From an uncultured Spirochaetota bacterium (GTDB lineage: Bacteria > Spirochaetota > Brevinematia > Brevinematales > JAOACQ01): a DNA stretch of 64,000 nt. The stretch is taken from positions 608,001 through 672,000 of the forward strand of contig CAVYGN010000002.1 in NCBI GenBank assembly GCA_963768055.1, in the 5' to 3' direction. Positions within the stretch are counted from its first letter, which is position 1; each line of letters opens with the position of its first letter. The notes beneath the pieces were generated by a model that saw nothing but the letters and a program-made list of their open reading frames with translations, had not been told where the DNA came from and ran no database searches. The translations under genes were made by a program, and so were the position numbers. Of this stretch, positions 19,833 to 30,872 are shown in pieces.

Positions 19833-21062
19833 ATGACAATAAAACCTTTCCCGGGATTGCGCCCCGATAAAAAATATGCGACTCTCCTTAATGTGCCTCC
19901 TTATGACGTAGTATCTCTCTCCGAAGTAAGGAATGCCGTGAAGGACAACCCCTTTTCATTTTTTCATGTGACACGGGCTGAAGTTGATATTAAAGGTCTG
20001 GATAACGAATACTCTGCTATGGTTTATTCTAAAGCAAGAGAGAATTTCGAGTCTTTTATCAGGAAAAATATTCTGATCAAAGATCCTGATGATTTTTTTT
20101 ATCTTCTTTCACAGACCTGGAAAGGAAAAACGCAAATCGGCCTTTACGCAGCCGTATCCTGCAAAGAATACGAGGATAACCTGATAAAAAAACATGAACT
20201 TACCAGGATGGAAAAGGAAATAGACAGAACAAACCATATAAAGACCGTTAAAGCCGATACAGGCCCTGTTTTTCTCGCTTTTGAAGATAATGCTGAGGAA
20301 AAGAGCGGTTATTTAAACCTGTTAAAGCTTATTTTTGAGAAACTGCCGGTTTATGATTTTATAGATGAGAACAACGTTGAAAACAAGCTCTGGGTTGTCA
20401 AAAACAAACATGATATTAAAGAACTGCAGGATTATTTCCAAAAGATAGGCTCTTTTTATATCGCCGATGGTCACCACAGGGCCGCATCCGCTGTTAATGC
20501 CTGGAAAGAGGATAAAGAAGGGAAAAATGAGACTTCCAGTTATTTTATGGCTGTTATTTTTCCTGCCTCGCAATTGAATATACTGCCATATAACAGATTG
20601 GCGGTGGATCTTAACGGTTTTAAACCGGGAGAACTTCTTGATAAAATCAGGAAAAGTTTCAATATCAATCGGGACGATACGATAAATCCCGAAAGAAAAG
20701 GAATTATCGGAATTTACTTCAATAAAACAAATTATCTTTTAACCCTTAAAGATAATTTAATCCAGGATGACCCCCTGGAATCGCTTGATGTTTCCATCCT
20801 CCAGAAATTTATCCTCGCCCCGATTTTCGGCATCGACGATCCGCGTACCTCCGGCAGGTTGATTTTTACAGGAGGAAACAGGGAATCGGAATATCTTGTT
20901 AACAAAGTGAATAAGGGTGAGGCTATGGCCGCTTTTTCATTATTTCCGGTAAAAATTGACGATTTAATAAAAATTACCAAATCTTCCCGCTTGATGCCCC
21001 CAAAATCCACCTGGTTTGAGCCTAAACTAAGGGACGGACTTGTTGTCTATTCCCTGGAATAA
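19833..21062 (+). CDS. DUF1015 family protein
   Basis: [50 protein letters not shown]. Confidence 0.93.
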   Translation: MTIKPFPGLRPDKKYATLLNVPPYDVVSLSEVRNAVKDNPFSFFHVTRAEVDIKGLDNEYSAMVYSKARENFESFIRKNILIKDPDDFFYLLSQTWKGKTQIGLYAAVSCKEYEDNLIKKHELTRMEKEIDRTNHIKTVKADTGPVFLAFEDNAEEKSGYLNLLKLIFEKLPVYDFIDENNVENKLWVVKNKHDIKELQDYFQKIGSFYIADGHHRAASAVNAWKEDKEGKNETSSYFMAVIFPASQLNILPYNRLAVDLNGFKPGELLDKIRKSFNINRDDTINPERKGIIGIYFNKTNYLLTLKDNLIQDDPLESLDVSILQKFILAPIFGIDDPRTSGRLIFTGGNRESEYLVNKVNKGEAMAAFSLFPVKIDDLIKITKSSRLMPPKSTWFEPKLRDGLVVYSLE

Positions 21063-22852
21063 AGCCTTTTTTCAAGGGCATCCAGTTCTTTTGAAAGTTC
21101 AACGGGAAGCCTGTCGCCGAAACGGGAAAAATGAGTTTTAATATCAGGTATCTCATTCTTCCATTCTTCCGGGTCAACTGTCAATAGTTCTTTTATATCT
21201 TTGGTGGTCATATTGAGTGAACTTAAATCCAGAGCGTCGCTTGAAGGTATATAACCGATAGGTGTCTTTACTGCTTTACCTTCCCCATCCCCGGTGACCC
21301 TTTCATAAACCCACTTCAGTACCCGGCTGTTATCTCCGTAACCCGGCCAGAGCCATTTCCCTTCATTATTCTTTCTGAACCAGTTGACTGTAAATATTTT
21401 AGGGAGTTTGACGGCTTCGGATTTCTTGCCGATTTCTATCCAATGTTTGAAATAATCCCCCATATTGTATCCGCAGAAAGGAAGCATTGCAAAAGGGTCC
21501 CTCCTGAACTGGCCCACAGCCCCGGCTGCCGCCGCTGTAGTCTCACTTCCCATAATCGAACCGAGAAAAACACCATGATTCCAATTGAAAGATTCATGAA
21601 TAAGGGGAACGACCGATGAACGCCTGCCTCCGAAAAGGAAAGCCGATATCGGTACACCTTCCGGATTTTCCCATTCCGGATCTATCACAGGACATTGAGA
21701 AGCTGGGGCCGTAAATCTCGCATTAGGGTGAGCCGCTTTTTTATTACCGGAAGGGGTCCATGAATTCCCGTTCCAATCTGTAAGGCTTGAGGGAATTTCA
21801 TCGTTCATATCCTCCCACCAGACATCACCGTCCGGGGTTAAGGCCGTATTCGTAAAAATAGAATTCTTTGCGAGAGTAAGCATCGCGTTTGGATTAGACC
21901 TCATTGAAGTTCCCGGGGCCACCCCGAAGAAACCGGCTTCGGGATTTATTGCATAAAGGCGTCCATCTATACCGAATTTCATCCAGGCGATATCGTCACC
22001 CACGCATTCGACTTTCCAGCCCGGTAGAGTCGGTATAAGCATCGCGAGGTTTGTTTTCCCGCAAGAGCTTGGAAATGCCGCGGCTATATATTTTTTTTCG
22101 CCTCCGGGAGGTGTAATACCCAGAATAAGCATATGCTCGGCTAACCAGCCGTCATTTCTAGCCATAACTGATGCTATTCTTAGAGAAAAGCATTTCTTGC
22201 CCAGAAGGGCATTGCCTCCATAGCCGGAACCGTAAGACCAGACCGTCTTTTCTTCGGGAAAATGAACAATATATTTATTTTCAGAGTTGCAGGGCCATGG
22301 TACATCTTTTTCCCCCGGTTTGAGTGGTTTCCCGACCGAATGCAGGCATGGCACAAAATCCCCGTCGCCGAGGGCTTCAAGTACCTTTTTACCCATCCTT
22401 GTCATAATTCTCATGTTGCAGACAACATAAGCCGAATCTGTAATTTCAATACCTATATGGGAGATAGGTGAGCCTACAGGACCCATGCTATATGGTATTA
22501 TATACATGATCCTTCCCTTCATGCAGCCCCTGTAAAGGTTTTGCATAATTATTTTCATATGAGAGGGATCTTTCCAGTTATTCGTAGGACCAGCGTCAAT
22601 TTGATTTCGGGAACAGATAAAGGTCCTGTCTTCAACCCTCGCGACATCACTAACATCAGATCTGGCATAATAACTATTAGGCCTTTTCTCTGAATTTAAC
22701 TTAATAAAGGTCCCGTTTTTGACAAGAATGTCTGCAAGACGGTTATATTCTTCATCAGTACCATCGCACCAGTATATCTCATCAGGCTGACAAAGGGTAA
22801 CAATCTCTTTAACCCATTCAATCAGTTTTATATTCCGCGTAGGATATGTCAT
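21047..22852 (-). CDS. pckG: Phosphoenolpyruvate carboxykinase (GTP)
   Basis: [45 protein letters not shown]; likely start MTYPT at 22852 with GGAAGGAG RBS. Confidence 0.97.
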   Translation of the reverse strand: MTYPTRNIKLIEWVKEIVTLCQPDEIYWCDGTDEEYNRLADILVKNGTFIKLNSEKRPNSYYARSDVSDVARVEDRTFICSRNQIDAGPTNNWKDPSHMKIIMQNLYRGCMKGRIMYIIPYSMGPVGSPISHIGIEITDSAYVVCNMRIMTRMGKKVLEALGDGDFVPCLHSVGKPLKPGEKDVPWPCNSENKYIVHFPEEKTVWSYGSGYGGNALLGKKCFSLRIASVMARNDGWLAEHMLILGITPPGGEKKYIAAAFPSSCGKTNLAMLIPTLPGWKVECVGDDIAWMKFGIDGRLYAINPEAGFFGVAPGTSMRSNPNAMLTLAKNSIFTNTALTPDGDVWWEDMNDEIPSSLTDWNGNSWTPSGNKKAAHPNARFTAPASQCPVIDPEWENPEGVPISAFLFGGRRSSVVPLIHESFNWNHGVFLGSIMGSETTAAAAGAVGQFRRDPFAMLPFCGYNMGDYFKHWIEIGKKSEAVKLPKIFTVNWFRKNNEGKWLWPGYGDNSRVLKWVYERVTGDGEGKAVKTPIGYIPSSDALDLSSLNMTTKDIKELLTVDPEEWKNEIPDIKTHFSRFGDRLPVELSKELDALEKRLYSRE

Positions 22853-23153
22853 TATCACACTCCTTCCAGTTATTGCCTCATAATTAAAGCGAAAAATTAT
22901 ATCATTAATTTTATATATTGGCAATTCCGGAGGGTCGACTCAATTATAATATTTTATGTGTGAAGTAAATTTAACTTCGAACAAAAGCATTATAATTTGA
23001 GATCTTGAAGGAATACTGAGGGTCATACAAAACTCTTGCTTTCCATTGTATTTCATCTTGAAAATAGAATATTTTTTGAAGAAAATCATTTATTATTCTA
23101 TCATTAAACCCTGAATATCAATGTATGAATTAATTTCAGCCCGGGAGCTTTGC

Positions 23154-25286
23154 ATGTACCGTTTGGAACATAAAACAAAAAAGAAAATATCAAAGGGTAT
23201 GTTTTACCCTATGGGCGCTAATCTTACTCCTGAAGGTGTTAATTTTGCAATATATTCAGAGCATGCCCATGAGGTATATCTATTATTATTCGATAAACCC
23301 TCGGGAATGCCGACCGATATAATACGCATAGAAGAAAAAACTAAAAATATCAGGCACTGCTTTGTTCATGGGATTAAAGCCGATCAGCTTTACGCTTATA
23401 AAGTCACAGGCGATTATAACCCTCAGGCAGGTTTGAGGTTTAATTCTAATAAACTCCTGATAGACCCTTACGCAAAGGCATTCACACATAAGTTTTGCAA
23501 TAAAGATAATCTGCTCCTGGCCTACGATCCGAATTCAAGCGGCAAGGACCTCTCGTTCGACTGCCGCGATAATACCGATATTGTCCCCAAGGGCATAGTA
23601 ATAGACGATTCTTTTGACTGGCATGGCGATAAACTCCTGGAAATACCATTCGATAAACTGATCATTTATGAAGCTCACATCAGGGGTTTTACAGCCCATT
23701 CTTCATCAGCAGTTAAAAACCCCGGAACGTTCCTGTCATTCATAGAAAAAATTACTTACCTTAAAGGGCTCGGTATAAACGCTGTGGAATTATTGCCTAT
23801 CCAGGAATTTTACACTGAAGATTTCCTTGTGGATAAAAAACTTACAAATTACTGGGGTTATAACACATCAGGATTTTTCGCACCGGAACTGACTTACGGA
23901 TCACAAAAACATCCGGGATGCCAGGTGAACGAATTCAAGACCTTGATCAGGGAACTGCATAAAGCCGGAATAGAGATCATCCTGGACGTGGTATATAATC
24001 ATACTGCTGAAAGCAACGAGTTAGGTCCGACTATTTCTTTCAGGGGAATAGATAATCCAACTTATTATTACCTAACAGGAGATTCCGCCGGCCCAAAACG
24101 TTCATATGTCAATCTTACAGGCTGCGGCAATACGGTAAACCTTACAAAACCTCCTGTAATCCGCCTGGTTATGGATTCCCTTCGATACTGGGCCGAAATG
24201 ATGCATATAGACGGTTTCCGATTCGATCTGGCTTCGGTTCTCGGAAGGGAAGGAGGAATGTTCCAAAAATCGGCCTCCTTTTTCGATGCTATATCCCAAG
24301 ACCCCGTTCTCTCTCATGTCAAATTGATAGCCGAACCCTGGGACCTTGGAACCTACCAGGTTGGCAATTTTCCTATAGATTGGGCGGAATGGAACGGTAA
24401 ATACCGGGATACGGCAAGAAAATTTATGAAAGGGGACAGGGGGCAGGTGGGAGATATGGCTAAGCGCATCACAGGTTCCGCCGATCTTTATGGAGATGAC
24501 GGAAGATCGGCATACAATAGTATTAATTTCATATCCTGTCATGACGGTTTTACACTTTTCGATCTTGTTTCATATAACAGCAAACATAATGAAGATAATC
24601 TGGACAACAACAAAGACGGTGCAAATGAAAACAATTCATGGAATTGCGGCTTTGAAGGTGAAACAAAAGACCCTACAGTCAATAATTTACGTAATAAAAT
24701 GATAAAAAATTATTTGTCTCTCGTTTGTTTTTCACTTGGCACTCCTATGATCATGGCGGGGGATGAATTTTTGAGAACACAGGGGGGAAATAACAACGCT
24801 TATTGCCAGGATAATGCAATAAGCTGGATCGATTGGAGATTGGCCGAACATAACATTAAAATGATTGAATTTTTCAGAAAAGCAGTCGCATTCAGGAGAA
24901 TGTATACTATACTGCAGAGAAAAAAATTTTTCAACGGCCTTGACAATAACCGCAATGATAAACCCGATTGTGCATGGTACGACCAGGATTTAAAAACACC
25001 GGACTGGAATAATCAGGACCTGAAGTTTTTAAGCTACGAACTTGACGGGAGCGAAGAAAAATCGGATATTGGAGAATATTTTATTTTTTTTATACTTAAC
25101 GCCGACGACAGAAATATTAAAAGCCGCTTACCCGTGCTTGGCAAAGGGATGAAGTGGCATAAAATAGCGGATACAAGCTTATCCGCCGGAAATGATTTTA
25201 TTGAAAAAGGGAGGGAAATCCCGCTGGAAAAGCAGGACGAGTATCTATCGGCCTCCAGATCAATAGTGTTATTGCTCGGGAAATAA
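23154..25286 (+). CDS. glgX: Glycogen debranching enzyme / isoamylase (GH13)
   Basis: NYWGYN, DVVYNHTAE, DGFRFDLA, IAEPWD, CHDGFTL, GNNNAYCQDN. Confidence 0.97.
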   Translation: MYRLEHKTKKKISKGMFYPMGANLTPEGVNFAIYSEHAHEVYLLLFDKPSGMPTDIIRIEEKTKNIRHCFVHGIKADQLYAYKVTGDYNPQAGLRFNSNKLLIDPYAKAFTHKFCNKDNLLLAYDPNSSGKDLSFDCRDNTDIVPKGIVIDDSFDWHGDKLLEIPFDKLIIYEAHIRGFTAHSSSAVKNPGTFLSFIEKITYLKGLGINAVELLPIQEFYTEDFLVDKKLTNYWGYNTSGFFAPELTYGSQKHPGCQVNEFKTLIRELHKAGIEIILDVVYNHTAESNELGPTISFRGIDNPTYYYLTGDSAGPKRSYVNLTGCGNTVNLTKPPVIRLVMDSLRYWAEMMHIDGFRFDLASVLGREGGMFQKSASFFDAISQDPVLSHVKLIAEPWDLGTYQVGNFPIDWAEWNGKYRDTARKFMKGDRGQVGDMAKRITGSADLYGDDGRSAYNSINFISCHDGFTLFDLVSYNSKHNEDNLDNNKDGANENNSWNCGFEGETKDPTVNNLRNKMIKNYLSLVCFSLGTPMIMAGDEFLRTQGGNNNAYCQDNAISWIDWRLAEHNIKMIEFFRKAVAFRRMYTILQRKKFFNGLDNNRNDKPDCAWYDQDLKTPDWNNQDLKFLSYELDGSEEKSDIGEYFIFFILNADDRNIKSRLPVLGKGMKWHKIADTSLSAGNDFIEKGREIPLEKQDEYLSASRSIVLLLGK

Positions 25287-25294
25287 CTTCTAAC

Positions 25295-26632
25295 CTAATC
25301 GAACTCGTCCTGAAAATTAAATGCAAAATAAAAATAGCGGTCAAAAGACTCTCCAGCCAATAAATACGGTAGAATTGCTCCGAAATCCAGCCTTATGCAG
25401 GAGTCAGACCCTCCGAAATATTTCGGATAAAAACGCAGCCCGAACCCCGCTGTAATAATTGACGAACCATTCTCTAAGCCCTGGTTCGATAAAATACCAT
25501 CCCCGGCATCAATGAAAAGGGGCAGGTAAAAATCCAGATCAGTCGGCCAGGTTATTGTAAACAGGTAAGGCCGGAATTCAAAATTTCCATACATTAGATA
25601 ATTCCCGCGGATTTGACCGAGACTTACGCCCCTGGCTTCATCAGAAGTAAGGAGGAGTTCTTCAATCGAACTAGATTGAAAGTCGGCGCGTATAGCAATT
25701 CCGCTCTTTTCCCAGAAACGAAAATACTCATCGGCGCGAAGTTCCGTCTGGAAGCCGGATGACAGAGGGGAAACAGCCACCTTAAGCCTGTAAAAATGCC
25801 CCCATATCGCCCCGAGATCATAATTTACGATTCCTTCCTCTACCCCGATCCCGGGGTAAAAGGATAAACCATTAATAACATTCTGACCTTCATTATTTAT
25901 CATAACCTCGTTTGTTTCAAATTGAAGACCTGAATCGATAAAGACAGTCCATTGCGAATTGCTTTCCCTGAATTTTCTATCAACCCTTATATAATTACTG
26001 AAAGAAGTATGAAGGGCTTTGTATGAAAGATCCCCATTCGAATCATAAATGGTATCGTAATATTGAAGGTATGAAATTGAGAACGCTGTATTAAAATATG
26101 AACCAAAGACCCTGGGGTAACTATACTGAATGGAAACATCCTGATAATCGGGTATGCTTTCGTAATTATAATCAATTTCAAGGGTTTGATTCAATCCGAC
26201 CAGATTTTCCTCACTAACACTGACCATTATGCTCGATCCTATCTTGTTGTCATAATAATAAAAAGGGATGGGAAAAAGAGTCCATTTGTCATTTGCAGTC
26301 ACAACAACATCTGCCGACATCCCATTAGTCATTTTATAATCGATATTGACATCGCCGAATATGCCTAAATTTTTAAGGTTTTGAACACTATTCGAGATTT
26401 CTTCTTCAAATACTTTTCTTTCGTAAGTTTTCCCATTAGTAAAATCCAATTCCTGGATGATAATAAAATCTTTTGTCCTAGTATTGCTGACCACGTTTAT
26501 TGACGATACCGTAATCCCCTCGGCGTATAAATCAAGGCTGAAAAACCACGAAAAAAAAACAGGAATCAAATAGAACAACTTCACTATAAAATCCTTGGAT
26601 ATATGAAATAATACCAAATCCTTCTTAACCAT
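25295..26632 (-). CDS. Omp85/BamA-TamA family outer-membrane protein with a single POTRA domain
   Basis: Signal peptide; POTRA (NTRTKDFII.QEL...LKNLGIF), DKWTLFP, EENLVGLNQ, GFGLRF, CIRLDFG beta-strands. Confidence 0.8.
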   Translation of the reverse strand: MVKKDLVLFHISKDFIVKLFYLIPVFFSWFFSLDLYAEGITVSSINVVSNTRTKDFIIIQELDFTNGKTYERKVFEEEISNSVQNLKNLGIFGDVNIDYKMTNGMSADVVVTANDKWTLFPIPFYYYDNKIGSSIMVSVSEENLVGLNQTLEIDYNYESIPDYQDVSIQYSYPRVFGSYFNTAFSISYLQYYDTIYDSNGDLSYKALHTSFSNYIRVDRKFRESNSQWTVFIDSGLQFETNEVMINNEGQNVINGLSFYPGIGVEEGIVNYDLGAIWGHFYRLKVAVSPLSSGFQTELRADEYFRFWEKSGIAIRADFQSSSIEELLLTSDEARGVSLGQIRGNYLMYGNFEFRPYLFTITWPTDLDFYLPLFIDAGDGILSNQGLENGSSIITAGFGLRFYPKYFGGSDSCIRLDFGAILPYLLAGESFDRYFYFAFNFQDEFD

Positions 26633-26774
26633 CTATAGTGGGAAGCCAGGGCTGAATGAATTGACGAATGCTCCTTATATTCCACTCCGAATTTCTTGCG
26701 GTACAAATGGACTCAGATCCTCCCATTTGCAACGGGGGGCACAGACTAAAGAATTTTGGAAAGAAACTTTGGAT

Positions 26775-27713
26775 TCACAAAAATTTCTTTATCGCTTCAA
26801 TTACATTCTCCGGCTTTTCGGCATAAACCATATGACCGGCTTCATCGACAATGATAATTTTGCTGTTTTTAATGTCCCGGTGAAAATTTTCAGCCGCCGC
26901 AGGGTCGATCAATTTATCGTCCCTGCCCCATATGATCAAAGCTGGCGCCGTTATTTTCGATAAATCCTTAATCAAAATATCATTTCCGTATTTCGTCAAA
27001 CCGGTAAAAAGTTTTTTATTTAATTCATAATTTCCAGTATTATAATCCGAATAGAATTTCAGAAATTGCCCCGGTACGTTTTGAGGCTTAAACATTGAAT
27101 ACTTCAATAATTGCCTATATTCTTCAGGGGTCCTGAATAACAACAGATTCGTACCGGTTTGCCTGAAATATTTATCGAATTCGCTTTCAACATTAGCGGC
27201 GCCGTAAGAGTCGATCAATATGAGCTTAGCCACTTTTTCAGGGTTATTCGCGCAATATTCGCAGGATATCGCACCTCCCATGGAAAAACCGATCAAACTG
27301 AACCGGTTTAAATTCAGAGCGCCGATAAATTTTTCAAACCTGCCCACCTGGGTTAACAGATCGTAATCGCCATCGGGTTTACCGCTTTCGCCGAATCCAG
27401 GTATATCGGGAATTATGATCCTGTAGTCGCCACTGAAACTCTTCGGAAGTTTTCCCCAGAAATCCTTATTCAGGCCGAATCCATGTATAAAAACCAGGAT
27501 TTCTTTATTCTGCAAAGAGTTATCGAGATAAACCCATTTTTGATCCCCGATCTTTAGTTCATGTAATTTTAAATCCGCGCCGCTTCGGTTCATTTGATTA
27601 TTAAAATAGATCATTACGCCCGGGAAATTAAAAAATATTATCACTAAGGTTAAAATTAAAATCGAGATGATAGAAATAACTGCGATCAAAATATTCCTTA
27701 TAATTTTCTTCAT
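26775..27713 (-). CDS. Membrane-anchored alpha/beta hydrolase (lipase/esterase-like)
   Basis: N-terminal TM; FIHGFG, DIPGFGES, GFSMGG nucleophile, WGRDD, AGH. Confidence 0.93.
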   Translation of the reverse strand: MKKIIRNILIAVISIISILILTLVIIFFNFPGVMIYFNNQMNRSGADLKLHELKIGDQKWVYLDNSLQNKEILVFIHGFGLNKDFWGKLPKSFSGDYRIIIPDIPGFGESGKPDGDYDLLTQVGRFEKFIGALNLNRFSLIGFSMGGAISCEYCANNPEKVAKLILIDSYGAANVESEFDKYFRQTGTNLLLFRTPEEYRQLLKYSMFKPQNVPGQFLKFYSDYNTGNYELNKKLFTGLTKYGNDILIKDLSKITAPALIIWGRDDKLIDPAAAENFHRDIKNSKIIIVDEAGHMVYAEKPENVIEAIKKFL

Positions 27714-27740
27714 AATTAATTACCTTCCTATTTATCCGTA

Positions 27741-28013
27741 TCATTCCCATAAAATAAGAAAATTTTCGAGGAGCTCATCAGGCACCCTGACATATTCCTT
27801 CATAACAGCGCCGTAAGCTTCAAAGAGCTTCGTGTTATACTTTTTTATGAAATCCTTCCTGTCCGCTTCAGTCAGTCTAATGGCAAGCGTTTCGGAATTT
27901 GAAAGCAGGGTGAGCATATTTCCGTTCAGGGATGTATAAGGGTTCTTGTCGCCTTTCCGTTCGATAGCCGGAATCGTCGCAATCAGCCTGTCGTATAATG
28001 CCGCTTTATCCAT
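27741..28013 (-). CDS. TfoX N-terminal-like small protein, possibly C-terminally truncated
   Basis: PYTSLNGNM...LAIRL...YGAVMKEYVRVPDELL pattern; AAGG RBS. Confidence 0.6.
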   Translation of the reverse strand: MDKAALYDRLIATIPAIERKGDKNPYTSLNGNMLTLLSNSETLAIRLTEADRKDFIKKYNTKLFEAYGAVMKEYVRVPDELLENFLILWE

Positions 28014-28246
28014 GAGCGCATCCTTAGTAAAGGATTATTAATATAATAAACAGTTGTATGAAAAAGAACAAATGAAAACCAGAACATTGGAATTGTCGAC
28101 AGGCCAGTTTGTCATATCCACATCTGCATAATCTTATTTCTTATAGGACGCAGGGCCGGTTATTACAAATAAATAAAAAATTTTCACCTTATTTCCGATT
28201 ATTGAAATTATTTTAGTAAAATAATTGGGAGAAATTAAATAATAGC

Positions 28247-28509
28247 ATGGGGTGCATTTTGAAATTAAAACTGATTATATCATTGGCCGTTTTAATATTG
28301 TGCGGGTGTGCGAAGGCGCCGGATCTATCAGCCCATCAGGCATTATAAAGGTGAACCAGGGGGACAACCAGGATTTCACGATAACCGAAGTACGGGGAAA
28401 GCCGTTTACACTTTCCGTTCTGGTCAACGGGGTAGACCAGGGAGTGATAACATCTTATACTTTTACAAATGTTCAGTCTAACCAGACTATAACTGCAATT
28501 TTTAAATAG
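28247..28509 (+). pseudogene. Frameshifted/deleted lipoprotein gene with a bacterial (InlB B-repeat-like) repeat domain
   Basis: ATG 28247 frame gives signal peptide plus lipobox MGCILKLKLIISLAVLILCG|C, stopping at 28348; another frame gives GSISPSG..VNQGDNQDFTIT...VNGVDQGVITSYTFTNVQSNQTITAIF. Confidence 0.65.
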
Positions 28510-28924
28510 AACCCATGCTTAAACTCTGGTCCGGGGACAGCAAATATTTGAAAAAATACGGATCAAGCGGGCAATTGCGCTTATTCTGCCCCGATCCGGC
28601 TAATGGAAAAACTAAGAGGAATTATTTACCGCCTGAAAAGGAAAAATATATCTACTCCCATTCTGTTACATCAGGAAACGACATTTTTTTCAGTGACATG
28701 GAAGATATAATATTGCATCCATGTTGAATAAGACAGTTCAGGGCGCATAATGCTAAAACCCCCCATTCTGATCATTTTTCCGGTTTTTGACTATAATTTT
28801 AACTCCTTTTATACTAATTTTACATGAACAGGGGGGTTTTGGTACAGCCATGATTGTCGGTTGACTTCTGGTTATACCCCCGTGTGTTAGGATAGTTGTC
28901 GCCTAAAATATTAGGAGACAAAAA

Positions 28925-29407
28925 ATGAATAGTCAAATTCGTTCAGAGGAATTCAGGAAATCTATCGTTCAAAAGATGTGTATGCCAGGAGGAAAAACAG
29001 TATCTGAACTGAGCCAGGAAATAGGAGTATGTGAACAAACCCTTTACAACTGGAGGAAAATGATCCAGAATAATGTATCCAGAGGATTCCAGGATAGAAG
29101 CCCGAGAGGCTGGAAATTATCTGATAAATATCAGGCGGTAGTAGACGCAGCAAGCCAATCGGGAGAAGAGTTAGGACAGTGGTTGAGAAAAAATGGTCTC
29201 CAGTCGACTCATATCGAACTCTGGAAACAGGAGTGTTTATCAGTGATATCTAATAACTCATACAGAGAAGAAAACAAGGGTTTGAAAGCAAAAATCATAG
29301 AGTTAGAAAAAGAAATTAACCGTAAGGATAAAACTATAGCCGAGGTTACTTCTCTGCTGGTGCTTAAAAAAAAACTGAACAAGCTGTTCGGGATCGAGGA
29401 AGATTAA
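28925..29407 (+). CDS. IS3 transposase OrfA (HTH)
   Basis: SEEFRKSIV...VSELSQEIGVCEQTLYNWRK HTH; ends LLVLKKK at the frameshift window. Confidence 0.92.
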   Translation: MNSQIRSEEFRKSIVQKMCMPGGKTVSELSQEIGVCEQTLYNWRKMIQNNVSRGFQDRSPRGWKLSDKYQAVVDAASQSGEELGQWLRKNGLQSTHIELWKQECLSVISNNSYREENKGLKAKIIELEKEINRKDKTIAEVTSLLVLKKKLNKLFGIEED

Positions 29408-30441
29408 CTCCATTGGATATACGCATAGATATCTGTGCCTTGATTAATGAGGCTGTTACGACAGGGGCCAGCAGGGATAAGGCTTGTGAAGAATCTGGCT
29501 ATGATATAAGGACCATACAGCGCTGGAATAAAAATCTTGAGGGAGACAGAAGAAAATTGAGAAATGTAATGCCTTCAAATGCCCTGTCGGCCGAAGAAAG
29601 GGAGGAGATCATCTCCTGCTGTTGCAGCGAGAGATTTAGAGATATGACGCCGAATGAAATAGTGCCCATGCTGGCAGAGGAAGGTCGGTATATAGCATCA
29701 GAATCATCTTTTTACCGCGTTTTAAAGGACAATGATTTGCTGCACCATAGATACGAAACGAAGCCGAAAACGGCAAGGAAAACGCCAAGAGAACTGGAAG
29801 CGACGGGTCCTAATCAGGTATGGAGTTGGGATATTACATATATATCCAGTCATATAAAAGGTAAGTATTTCTACCTCTATATGATCGAAGATGTCTGGAG
29901 CCGTAAGATAGTCGGCTGGAAAATGCACGAGGAGGAAAGCTCTGATCATGCCGCAAGAATGGTGGCAGAGATCGGAGAAACCATTGATTTGAAAGGCTTG
30001 TATTTACATTCTGATAATGGTTCTCCTATGAAAGGGGCTACGATGTTAGCGACCTTGCAGAGGTTACAGGTTATGCCGTCGTTTTCAAGGCCGAGTGTAA
30101 GTAACGATAACCCTTACTCAGAATCATTGTTTAAAACATTGAAATATAATGTGAAATACCCAGGCAATTTCGAGACAATGGAATCGGTAGAAATATGGAT
30201 GCAAAATTTTGTAGACTGGTATAATAATAAACATCTTCATTCAGGGATCGGATATGTCACACCAGCACAGAGACATGAAGGTAAAGATAAGGCGATACTC
30301 CTGAAGAGAGCGGAAACTTATGCGGCTGCAAAAAGCAGACATCCTGAAAGATGGTCAGGAGAATCTAAAAAATGGGAACGGATAGAATCGGTATTTTTAA
30401 ACCCGAGTAAGACTAACAAGGAATCGTTGGTTGCGGCGTAA
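29366..30441 (+). CDS. IS3 transposase OrfB (DDE integrase core), reached by -1 programmed frameshift
   Basis: WSWDITY, HSDNG, NPYSES DDE triad; the -1 frame is open from A9 (29366-29374) into the 29413 ORF. Confidence 0.92.
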
Positions 30442-30551
30442 AATAAAAGCGACAACTCCCTTGACAAAAACCGATACTGATCAAAGGTTTATATTGAGGA
30501 ATTTACTATAAACCCTGAACGGGGTTTTCAATAAATTCTTAGGAGGGTACT

Positions 30552-30872
30552 ATGAAAACAAAGATCATGTTAACTCTGGTCCTTTTAGTTCTGTTTTGCG
30601 GTATGACGTATGCCCAGGATGCAAATACGTTTGCTGCTATCAGTTTTGAGAAAGGCGGTTTAATGTATCATGGAAAACAGGTAGACATCATCGGTTTTGG
30701 TGGATTAAATATAAAAAGTTCCGATATAAGCGAGTTTTCTTCTTATCAAAATGGTTCTGATACCATAGTGGTTATCAAAACAAAGAATAATGATATGGTG
30801 GAATATTCTCAGCGGTTAGTCAAATTTTTATATTACACTTCATTACATAAACAATTATTAGTGGTGTTTTAA
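30552..30872 (+). CDS. Small exported hypothetical protein
   Basis: Strong AGGAGG RBS; signal peptide MKTKIMLTLVLLVLFCGMTYA|Q. Confidence 0.8.
   Translation: MKTKIMLTLVLLVLFCGMTYAQDANTFAAISFEKGGLMYHGKQVDIIGFGGLNIKSSDISEFSSYQNGSDTIVVIKTKNNDMVEYSQRLVKFLYYTSLHKQLLVVF

Larger units (their letters stand above)
28885..30466 (+). mobile_element. IS3-family insertion sequence (ends approximate; may extend to ~28855 and ~30476)
   Basis: Imperfect IRs TGTTAGGATAGTTGTCGC / GCGACAACTCCCTTGACA (14/18, TG...CA ends); orfA/orfB with an A9 slippery site; no clear target-site duplication. Confidence 0.85.

Noticed and set aside
26633..26774. Relatively GC-rich spacer as a possible riboswitch or ncRNA; ORF 26661-26963
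   Set aside because: No recognisable riboswitch consensus or convincing long stem; the ORF is mostly antisense to the hydrolase
30461..30495. IS-derived TTGACA as a hybrid promoter for the 30552 gene
   Set aside because: No -10 hexamer at 16-18 nt spacing; nearest TATATT is 23 nt away
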